This document shows, piece after piece, positions 57,111 to 64,000 of a stretch of 64,000 nucleotides of DNA. Source of the stretch: a virus; IMG/VR virus record IMGVR_UViG_3300035670_000140, positions 12,367 through 76,366 of that record; one strand, given 5' to 3'. Each line of letters starts with the position of its first letter. The stretch's first letter is position 1. Below the pieces are notes generated by a model. It did no database searches and was not told where the DNA came from. It was given only the letters and a program-made list of their open reading frames with translations. The position numbers were made by a program, and so were the translations under genes.

Positions 57111-57623
57111 ATGGCAGCTGAGTGGTATAAAAAACAAATACAAAATAGAAATTATCTATCTCCATTAGGATTCAAACTTATTTTAGAAAAATTTAGCAGT
57201 GTAGATTTTCTCTGTCAAGAAGTTAATCTTCCTGATATTTCAATGCCATATACAGAAGTTCCTACTAGGTTCAGAAGTTTTCCAATCGTAGCTGGTGGCG
57301 GGGTAGAATACGGAGATTTTTCGGTCAAGTTTATTGTTGACGAAGAATTATTAAATTGGAAATCAATTTTTGATTGGATTAGAAAAAATGGTGTGTCCGA
57401 AGAACACATGCCAAATGAAGAACCAGAGTATAGTGGTGGTCAACTATTCATTTACACATCCAATTATAATATCAACCATGTGATTGATTTCCAAAATCTT
57501 TTTCCAATATCATTGACAGAAATGAATTTTGATGCTACAGCAAATGATGTAGAATACTTTACAGCATCGGTCACTTTCAAGTATACTGGGTATACTATTA
57601 GGAATTCGTCTTTTGATACATGA
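57111..57623 (+). CDS. gp3: Tail completion/tube terminator gp3
   Basis: 'NRNYLSPLGFK', 'VDFLCQEVNLP', 'FIVDEEL.NW..I.DW', 'LFPISL', 'YFTASVTFKY'. Confidence 0.9.
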   Translation: MAAEWYKKQIQNRNYLSPLGFKLILEKFSSVDFLCQEVNLPDISMPYTEVPTRFRSFPIVAGGGVEYGDFSVKFIVDEELLNWKSIFDWIRKNGVSEEHMPNEEPEYSGGQLFIYTSNYNINHVIDFQNLFPISLTEMNFDATANDVEYFTASVTFKYTGYTIRNSSFDT

Positions 57624-58093
57624 AATTTGAACAACTATATGATAAATTTGAAAGAATTAAAAAGGAATGGACAGAAGATAGTTACGTTGAATTTGAATTC
57701 AAAAACAAGCAATACAGTTCTGATCTGGGAAAGATCTCAATGGAGATCCCTTTCCAACATAATAAATACTTAAACCATTACACAGATCTTTCACAGATTA
57801 AAACCAGTCTAGAATTTGAGATTCGTAAACTGGTAAAAGAGAAACGAGAATATTATAGCGGCGAAGCTGACGCTAGAGTTTACGCCGACAAACCTTTTGG
57901 ATCGAGCATCAAAACTGCCGATAAAATGAAAGTTTATCTTGAGTCAGACGAAGACATTATTAACCTAGAAGCAAAGATTAAATATATTGATCAGATTCTT
58001 TTCTTTCTAGACAATGTTTTAAAGATGATTTCTCAAAGAAATTATCATGTGAAAAATGCTATTGAATGGGAGAAATTTATTAATGGAAACTAA
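57620..58093 (+). CDS. uvsY: Recombination mediator UvsY
   Basis: 'IP..HNKYL', 'REYYSGEA', 'YLESDED', 'R.YHVKNAIEW.KF'; directly upstream of uvsW. Confidence 0.9.
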   Translation: MKFEQLYDKFERIKKEWTEDSYVEFEFKNKQYSSDLGKISMEIPFQHNKYLNHYTDLSQIKTSLEFEIRKLVKEKREYYSGEADARVYADKPFGSSIKTADKMKVYLESDEDIINLEAKIKYIDQILFFLDNVLKMISQRNYHVKNAIEWEKFINGN

Positions 58094-59557
58094 ATGTCCC
58101 TTATTAGTGTTAAGAAAAAGAACGAAGTCTATTTACAGATTAGTTCTGAACCACACGTTCATCGTGAGCTAGCAGATTATTTTTCATTCGAGTTACCAGA
58201 AGCAAAATTCTTAAAAAGGCAACCAAGATTTAAATATTGGGATGGTACGATTCATCTGTACTCGCCAGCTACAGGTGAATTGTATGGCGGTTTACTTCCA
58301 CATTTAAAAGAATGGTGTGCTGAAAGAAAATATAATATTGAGTATCAATTAAATGATTGGTATGGTTCTGTAGAAGAAATTAATAAGTTTGTTTCTCCAC
58401 AAGCAGTTGAGGGGTTTATGAATAAAATTTGTAAATACAAACCAAGAGACTATCAATACCTCACTGTTTACAAAGCTTTAAGATATAACAGAGGATTATT
58501 CTTATCACCGACTGGATCTGGAAAGTCGATGATGATTTACAGTATCGTAAGATATTATGCTGCTAACAATAAAAAAATTCTTCTAGTGGTTCCAACTACA
58601 TCACTAGTAGAACAGATGATTAAGGACTTTAAAGATTATGGATGGAATGCTGAGGAATACTGCCATACAATATATTCGGGCAAAGATAAAAATACAGACA
58701 AACCTGTTGTTATCTCCACTTGGCAATCAATCTACAAATTTCCCAAAAAATATTTTGATGACATTGATTGTGTTATCGGTGATGAAGCACACTTATTTAA
58801 GTCAAAGTCACTCACAGGAATTATGACTAAACTTCACAATGCCAAGTATCGTTTTGGTTTTACTGGAACGCTTGATGGAAGTAAGACACACAAATGGGTA
58901 TTAGAAGGATTATTTGGTGCTTGTGAAAAAGTAACTAAAACTGATGATTTAATTAAACAAGGTCACTTATCTAATTTTAGAATTAAAGTTTTAGTTTGTA
59001 AACATGATTATCAGTACTTCGAAGACTATCACGCAGAGATTGAATATCTTGTAACAAATAATAAAAGAAATAATTTAATCAAAAATTTAGTAAAAGATAT
59101 AAGTGGAAACACTTTAGTTCTTTTCAACTACGTTGAGAAACACGGAGAACCATTATTTGATTTAATAAATAGTACTATTGGTGATACACGTAAAGTATTT
59201 TTTGTACACGGCGGAACTGACGTTGAAGACAGGGAAGAAGTAAGAGCAATTACAGAAAAAGAAAATGATGCTGTAATTATAGCTTCTTATGGAACGTTTA
59301 GCACTGGTATCAATATTAAAAAATTACATAATATAATTTTTGCTTCTCCATCCAAATCAAGGGTTAGAAATCTCCAAAGCATTGGAAGAGTATTAAGAAA
59401 AGGGGAAGGAAAAGAAATAGCAACTCTTTATGATATTGCTGATGACATCTCTTCAAATTCAAGACAAAATTATACTCTTAGACATTTAGAAGAAAGAATT
59501 AAAATATATCAAGAAGAAAATTTTAAGTATGAAGTAATACCTATTAATTTAAAATAA
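58094..59557 (+). CDS. uvsW: SF2 RNA-DNA/DNA helicase UvsW
   Basis: 'WDGTIHL', 'PRDYQ', Walker A 'SPTGSGKS', 'IGDEAH', 'GFTGTLDG', 'FSTGINI', 'LQSIGRVLR'. Confidence 0.96.
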   Translation: MSLISVKKKNEVYLQISSEPHVHRELADYFSFELPEAKFLKRQPRFKYWDGTIHLYSPATGELYGGLLPHLKEWCAERKYNIEYQLNDWYGSVEEINKFVSPQAVEGFMNKICKYKPRDYQYLTVYKALRYNRGLFLSPTGSGKSMMIYSIVRYYAANNKKILLVVPTTSLVEQMIKDFKDYGWNAEEYCHTIYSGKDKNTDKPVVISTWQSIYKFPKKYFDDIDCVIGDEAHLFKSKSLTGIMTKLHNAKYRFGFTGTLDGSKTHKWVLEGLFGACEKVTKTDDLIKQGHLSNFRIKVLVCKHDYQYFEDYHAEIEYLVTNNKRNNLIKNLVKDISGNTLVLFNYVEKHGEPLFDLINSTIGDTRKVFFVHGGTDVEDREEVRAITEKENDAVIIASYGTFSTGINIKKLHNIIFASPSKSRVRNLQSIGRVLRKGEGKEIATLYDIADDISSNSRQNYTLRHLEERIKIYQEENFKYEVIPINLK

Positions 59558-59558
59558 T

Positions 59559-59954
59559 ATGGAAGAAGAATTTTATTCAACAATTAAATTAGTAACAGGT
59601 GAAGAATTAGTCTCCAAAGTTTGTTATGTAAACGATGAAGATTGTTTATTCTTAGATCATCCGATGAAGGTTGAAACTGTTAAACAAAAAAAGTCTGGTC
59701 AAACTATTGAAGGATTTATTTTAACAGAATGGATTCATGCCACGTATGATAAATCTTTTATCTTACCTATGAAAAATGTTGTTACAATGACAGAGCTTGA
59801 TAAAAGAATAGAAAGATATTATCTAAGCTTTATTGAAGGAGAGGATCAATCAACAGGTAGAGTGCCTGTTAAAGATATGAAAGGTAGGATGGGATATCTA
59901 GGATCTATACAAGAAACAAAAAAGATCTTAGAAGAAATATATAAAAAAAGCTAA
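59559..59954 (+). CDS. Hypothetical protein, possible Sm-like fold (131 aa)
   Basis: 'FYSTIKLVTGEELVSKV', 'MGYLGSI.E.K..LE.IY'; located between uvsW and gp55. Confidence 0.7.
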   Translation: MEEEFYSTIKLVTGEELVSKVCYVNDEDCLFLDHPMKVETVKQKKSGQTIEGFILTEWIHATYDKSFILPMKNVVTMTELDKRIERYYLSFIEGEDQSTGRVPVKDMKGRMGYLGSIQETKKILEEIYKKS

Positions 59955-59987
59955 AAGATATTATTTGCTTTGAACCCTGACAGAGTT

Positions 59988-60016
59988 ATTCTACTGATTT
60001 TCTGAGGTCTTGTCAA
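59988..60016 (-). promoter_or_regulatory. Antisense sigma70-type promoter TTGACA-N17-TAGAAT
   Basis: Plus-strand tgtcaa (60011-60016) and attcta (59988-59993) read TTGACA and TAGAAT on the minus strand, with a 17-nt spacer. Confidence 0.6.
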
Positions 60017-60021
60017 GCTAC

Positions 60022-60050
60022 TTGACAGTTCGTGTGTTATAGACTATACT
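60022..60050 (+). promoter_or_regulatory. Early/host sigma70-type promoter TTGACA-N17-TATACT driving gp55-gp47-gp46
   Basis: Consensus -35 at 60022-60027, 17-nt spacer, -10 at 60045-60050. Confidence 0.85.
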
Positions 60051-60083
60051 AATCGTACAAGTAAGCAAACCGAAACATGACTT

Positions 60084-60575
60084 ATGACAAAGAAGAACAC
60101 AGAATACTACGTCAATAATAAAGATTTTCTAGACGCCATTACAAAATTTAAAAAACAGGTAAAGCAGGCAGCAAAAGATAACAAGCCTGTTCCCAGGATT
60201 CCTCATTACATTGGTGACTGCTTTTTGAAGATTGCTACACACCTATCATACAAACCTAACTTTGTCAACTACACCTTTAGGGAAGATATGATTTCTGATG
60301 GCGTAGAAAACTGTGTTCAGTACATTAATAATTTTGATCCAGAAAAGTCAAAAAATCCTTTTGCTTATTTTACTCAAATTATTTACTACGCTTTCTTACG
60401 TAGGATTCAGAAAGAAAAAAGACAGCAAGATATTAAAAACAAAATTGTCGAACGATCAGGATATGATCATCTTATGCACACAGACACATTTGATGGTATG
60501 ATGTCTGGAATGAACGCTTCCTATTCCGATATGGGTAGCATTAAAGAAAACATTGAACTTAGAACAAATCGATGA
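60084..60575 (+). CDS. gp55: Late transcription sigma factor gp55
   Basis: 'YVNNKDF', 'YIGDCFLKIATHLSYKPNFVNYTFREDMISDGVENC', 'NPFAYFTQIIYYAFLRRIQKEK'. Confidence 0.97.
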   Translation: MTKKNTEYYVNNKDFLDAITKFKKQVKQAAKDNKPVPRIPHYIGDCFLKIATHLSYKPNFVNYTFREDMISDGVENCVQYINNFDPEKSKNPFAYFTQIIYYAFLRRIQKEKRQQDIKNKIVERSGYDHLMHTDTFDGMMSGMNASYSDMGSIKENIELRTNR

Positions 60576-61618
60576 CTGTCGCTTTAATTACAGATCAACA
60601 TCTAGATGGGCGTAAAGGCAATCTAGCTTTTTGGAACTATTTTAAAAAATTTTATGATGAAGTATTTTTTCCAACTCTGGAACGACAGGGAATCAAGACA
60701 GTCATTGATCTCGGGGATACGTTTGACAACCGCAAAAGCATTGATTTTAATGTGTGGAGTCGGATTCGTCGGACTTATTTTGATCGCCTGGCTAGCATGG
60801 GCATCACTGTACACATGATTCTTGGTAATCATTGTACATATTATAAGAACACCAACGACATCAATTCACCAGATCTTCTTTTAAAAGACTACAATAACAT
60901 TGAAGTTTATTCGAGTCCAGAAACTGTGATGATTGAAGGCACCAAGATTCTGATGATGCCTTGGATTAATTCACAGAACTATGAAGAAACTATGAGGTGG
61001 ATTAATGATACCAGTGCCGAGATTGCTATGGGTCATTTGGAGCTAAATGGTTTCGAAGTTACTCCTGGTTTAAAAATGGATCACGGTATGGATCCTAAAC
61101 TTTTCAGTAAATTTAAACAAGTATTTTCTGGTCATTATCATCATAAATCTTCCAAAGGTAATATTACATACCTAGGAAATCCTTATCAAATGTATTGGGG
61201 TGACTATAAAGACGAGCGAGGATTTCATCTCTATGAACCAAAGACAAATAAACTCAAGCGGATCAAGAACCCTTATGAGATTTTCCAGAAAGTATTTTAC
61301 AATGATGCTACTAATACTCATCTCGATATCTCTGCCGATAAGTATAAAGATACTTTTATTAAGGTTGTAGTTGAAGAGAAAAGAGATTACGAAGAGTTTG
61401 AAAAATTTATAGACTCTCTTTATAATGTTGGTGTACATGACGTAAAGATTGTTGAGAGTTTAGTAACATCTGAAGACAACGATGATGTTTCAATTGAAAT
61501 TAAAGACACTCTAACTCTTCTGAATGAATATGTAGACGAAATTGAAGTCTCTGTTGATAAAGCAGAACTTAAGAAATTAATGAGATCCCTATATATTGAA
61601 AGTTGTGAAGTAGTTTGA
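60572..61618 (+). CDS. gp47: Recombination nuclease subunit gp47 (Mre11/SbcD-like)
   Basis: Metallophosphoesterase motifs 'ITDQH', 'LGDTFDNR', 'LGNH', 'GHLE', 'SGHYH', 'YLGNPY'. Confidence 0.96.
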   Translation: MTVALITDQHLDGRKGNLAFWNYFKKFYDEVFFPTLERQGIKTVIDLGDTFDNRKSIDFNVWSRIRRTYFDRLASMGITVHMILGNHCTYYKNTNDINSPDLLLKDYNNIEVYSSPETVMIEGTKILMMPWINSQNYEETMRWINDTSAEIAMGHLELNGFEVTPGLKMDHGMDPKLFSKFKQVFSGHYHHKSSKGNITYLGNPYQMYWGDYKDERGFHLYEPKTNKLKRIKNPYEIFQKVFYNDATNTHLDISADKYKDTFIKVVVEEKRDYEEFEKFIDSLYNVGVHDVKIVESLVTSEDNDDVSIEIKDTLTLLNEYVDEIEVSVDKAELKKLMRSLYIESCEVV

Positions 61619-61881
61619 TGTATATTCTCACTCTACAAAATAAACCAGATGGGGTTTATTCTGTTTTATCGGATGATGGAGAACATATCATCCCTATTTT
61701 TGAGAGTGAGGACGATGCTGATCGCTATCAAGAAATGTTGGAGGATGAAAAATTAACTCCAAAGCTACAAGTAATAGAAATAGAAGAAGAACTTATTGTT
61801 AATGCTTGTGAAGAACGCTACCACAAGTATGCTATAATAACCAAAGATGACTTTTTGATACCTCCGAAAGATTTGGCATGA
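61615..61881 (+). CDS. DUF3110-like protein (cyanobacterial-type family)
   Basis: 'YIL...DGVYSV...IFESEDDADRY..ML...V.EI..E.I...C' matches my recollection of the DUF3110 pattern; the start may be 61618. Confidence 0.65.
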   Translation: MMYILTLQNKPDGVYSVLSDDGEHIIPIFESEDDADRYQEMLEDEKLTPKLQVIEIEEELIVNACEERYHKYAIITKDDFLIPPKDLA

Positions 61882-63608
61882 TTACTTTTAAAAAGATTCG
61901 TTGGAAGAACTTTTTGTCTACGGGCAACGTCTTTACGGAACTTGATCTGACTTCTCATAGAACAAACTTAATTGTAGGCACTAATGGTGCTGGCAAATCT
62001 ACTGTTCTAGATGCCCTCACGTTTGCTTTGTTCGGTAAACCATTTCGTAAGATCAACAAGCCTATGCTTGTTAATAGTATCAACGAAAAAGATTGTAAAA
62101 CTGAAGTAGAATTTTCTATCGGTAAAAGCGACTATAAAATTGTTCGTGGTATTAAACCAAATATTTTTGAGGTTTATCAAAATGGACAGATGCTTGACCA
62201 GTCATCTACTGCTGTTGATTATCAGAAGCAGCTAGAACAAAATATTTTGAAGATGAACTATAAGTCTTTCACACAGATTGTAGTTCTGGGTTCTTCAACT
62301 TTTGTTCCTTTTATGAGACTACCTGTTGCTCAACGTAGGGAAATCATTGAAGATATATTGGACATTCAAATCTTTTCTGTAATGAATACCAGACTCAAAG
62401 ATAAAGTTCGGGAAAATACAGACGAGATTAAAGAACTTGAATATCAACTTAAGCTTTGTAAAGACAAGATTGAAGTTCAGAAGAACTATATGCTTGAGTT
62501 AGAAAAGCAAACTCAGTCTGAAATCAAAAAGAAAGAAGATAAAATTAAACTATTTGAGTCTAATCAAAAAACGACACTTGATAATATTGTAGATCTTAAC
62601 ACACAAGTTGGTAATTTTAATGATGAACTGGAATCTTTTTCTAACGTAAAGAAAAAGATCAAAGAACTCAATACCTATAGGACAAAGATCCAGCAGAAAA
62701 TTCAAACTTCAAAAAAAGAAGTGGAGTTCTTTATCAATAATCACACATGTCCTACATGTACTCAGGAAATCACTCAAGAAATCCGTGAGAAAAAAATCAA
62801 TGATAGTGATAAAGAATTGATGTCACTTGAGTCTGGATTTTTGAAGCTTGAAGAAACTTTAAAAGAAGAAGAACAGCGTGAGGAAAAGTTCTTGGAACTT
62901 TCTAAAAAAATTGTAGAAACTAATTCTGCTATCACTCAGTTCAATTATGAACTTGCTAGAATTGATTCTGAAATTAGGGAATTGAAAACTGAGATCGATG
63001 AATTAAGTTCTCCAGCTTCTGATAAAAAAGAAGAGTATAAAAAACTAGAAGCATTAGTTTCTCAAAAGAAAACGACTAGCGAAACTTACTTTAATTCTAA
63101 GAAAGATAAAGATACGTTAAATGTTGCTGTTCAACTGCTCAAAGATAACGGAATTAAGAGTAGGATTATTAAAAGATACTTACCAGTGATGAATAAACTG
63201 ATTGGTGATTATCTAAGGAAAATGGATTTCTATGTAAACTTTACTCTGGATGAAAATTTTGAAGAAACAATTAAGTCTAGATTCCGAGACATCTTCACCT
63301 ACGAATCTTTTTCTGAGGGAGAAAAAGCTCGTATCGATATTGCTCTTTTGCTTACTTGGAGAGCTGTTGCTAAGCTTAAGAATAGCGTGGATACTAACCT
63401 TCTGATTCTTGATGAAATCTTCGATGGATCTTTAGACGCTGGTGGTACAGGTGAACTGGGTTGGATTCTTCGTAACTTTGATACCAATACAAATGTATTT
63501 GTAATCAGTCACAAGGAAAATCTAGATGGTAAGTTTGATAGGACAATCAAATTTGATAAGGTAAAAAACTTTAGCATTGCTAATGAGTCCTTGATGGAAA
63601 CCGATTGA
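61878..63608 (+). CDS. gp46: Recombination ATPase subunit gp46 (Rad50/SbcC-like)
   Basis: 'WKNFLSTGN', Walker A 'GTNGAGKST', zinc hook 'CPTC', signature 'FSEGEKARID', Walker B 'LILDEIFDGSLD', 'VISH'. Confidence 0.97.
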   Translation: MITFKKIRWKNFLSTGNVFTELDLTSHRTNLIVGTNGAGKSTVLDALTFALFGKPFRKINKPMLVNSINEKDCKTEVEFSIGKSDYKIVRGIKPNIFEVYQNGQMLDQSSTAVDYQKQLEQNILKMNYKSFTQIVVLGSSTFVPFMRLPVAQRREIIEDILDIQIFSVMNTRLKDKVRENTDEIKELEYQLKLCKDKIEVQKNYMLELEKQTQSEIKKKEDKIKLFESNQKTTLDNIVDLNTQVGNFNDELESFSNVKKKIKELNTYRTKIQQKIQTSKKEVEFFINNHTCPTCTQEITQEIREKKINDSDKELMSLESGFLKLEETLKEEEQREEKFLELSKKIVETNSAITQFNYELARIDSEIRELKTEIDELSSPASDKKEEYKKLEALVSQKKTTSETYFNSKKDKDTLNVAVQLLKDNGIKSRIIKRYLPVMNKLIGDYLRKMDFYVNFTLDENFEETIKSRFRDIFTYESFSEGEKARIDIALLLTWRAVAKLKNSVDTNLLILDEIFDGSLDAGGTGELGWILRNFDTNTNVFVISHKENLDGKFDRTIKFDKVKNFSIANESLMETD

Positions 63609-63643
63609 GGTGCTATACATAGTGTGTACCCCTCATCAGAACG

Positions 63644-63820
63644 ATGAACACCCCCAACTGGCAGCATCATTCCAAGAAGGAACAGAAACGCCACCTGAAA
63701 CCACAGGCACTGAGACAAGCCCGTAAGAGGCGCAACCAGTTGAAAAAGCGTCTACTCGGACCCTCTGGCACCCCCAGGGGGTCTTATAGTATGAGCATCA
63801 ACACAGAGACCTATGTTTAA
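63644..63820 (+). CDS. Small highly basic protein (58 aa; not in ORF track)
   Basis: Translated by hand: MNTPNWQHHSKKEQKRHLKPQALRQARKRRNQLKKRLLGPSGTPRGSYSMSINTETYV*. Confidence 0.6.
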   Translation: MNTPNWQHHSKKEQKRHLKPQALRQARKRRNQLKKRLLGPSGTPRGSYSMSINTETYV

Positions 63821-64000
63821 CAAAGAAATCAAAGGAAACCTTGCTCGTCTTCTGGCAACCGAAAACTTGGTTATTGAGCATAAGAAAGTTCCTACTGCTT
63901 CTTTTGATGTGGTTCGTAGGGTATTGACTCTGCCTCTTTGGGAAAAGGCAAGCTCTACTGTATATGATCTTCTTGTTGGTCATGAAGTAGGTCATGCCCT
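63813..64000 (+). CDS. HEXXH metallopeptidase/CobT-like protein, N-terminus (3'-truncated by window edge)
   Basis: MFNKEIKGNLARLLATENLVIEHKKVPTASFDVVRRVLTLPLWEKASSTVYDLLVGHEVGHA; the frame stays open to the window edge. Confidence 0.85.
   Translation, partial: MFNKEIKGNLARLLATENLVIEHKKVPTASFDVVRRVLTLPLWEKASSTVYDLLVGHEVGHA

Noticed and set aside
56844-57111. Absence of gp24 (vertex protein) after gp23 as a novelty
   Set aside because: The gp23-gp3-uvsY-uvsW-gp55-gp47-gp46 order without gp24 is the usual cyanomyovirus arrangement.
20106-60501. Short alternative-frame + strand ORFs inside core genes (e.g. 20106, 29546, 33452, 44264, 50494, 52500, 55187, 56135, 58638, 60313)
   Set aside because: These are Leu-rich off-frame by-products of biased codon usage, fully nested in conserved genes.
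46960-63608. Inteins or group I introns in gp17, gp20, gp23, uvsW or gp46
   Set aside because: The ORFs are continuous, of normal length, and lack splice-junction motifs.
63509-63995. Minus-strand ORFs 63509-63718 and 63798-63995
   Set aside because: They are antisense to gp46, the basic microprotein and the HEXXH gene, all better supported.
1-64000. tRNA genes, CRISPR arrays, stop-codon recoding
   Set aside because: Intergenic gaps are short and show no cloverleaf or repeat-spacer pattern by eye. Core genes are full length in the standard code, with TAA, TGA and TAG all used as stops.

Overview
This window is a 64-kb, single-strand (+) segment of a T4-like myovirus genome, most likely a cyanophage (Kyanoviridae-like). 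That assignment rests on cyanophage-type gp7, VrlC-like, gp20 and gp23 proteins, a DUF3110-like gene, and the absence of gp24 after gp23. Gene order: baseplate (gp6 3' end, giant gp7, gp8); very large virion/tail-fibre proteins (2693, 1464, 2669 aa); three tandem LamG-like lectins; a late accessory operon (fibre with propeller-like tip, chaperone-like ORF, helical ORF, U32-family/methyltransferase fusion, 2OG-Fe(II) oxygenase); neck/terminase/tail/head genes (gp13-gp23); gp3, uvsY, uvsW, gp55, gp47, gp46; and the start of a HEXXH CobT-like gene. Many T4-type late promoters (TAAATA core) and two clear intrinsic terminators are visible. I saw no tRNA, CRISPR array, intron, intein or reverse transcriptase. 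The most interesting observations are: (1) two tandem ~166-aa phycobiliprotein-like domains retaining the bilin-attachment C-x-R-D motif, inserted in a beta-helical tail-fibre protein; (2) a self-contained late operon coupling a fibre to candidate Fe-S hydroxylase, methyltransferase and dioxygenase enzymes, possibly a virion-protein modification system; (3) a back-to-back sigma70 promoter pair upstream of gp55, whose antisense member has no gene to drive. All protein family calls come from motif recognition by eye, not from database searches.
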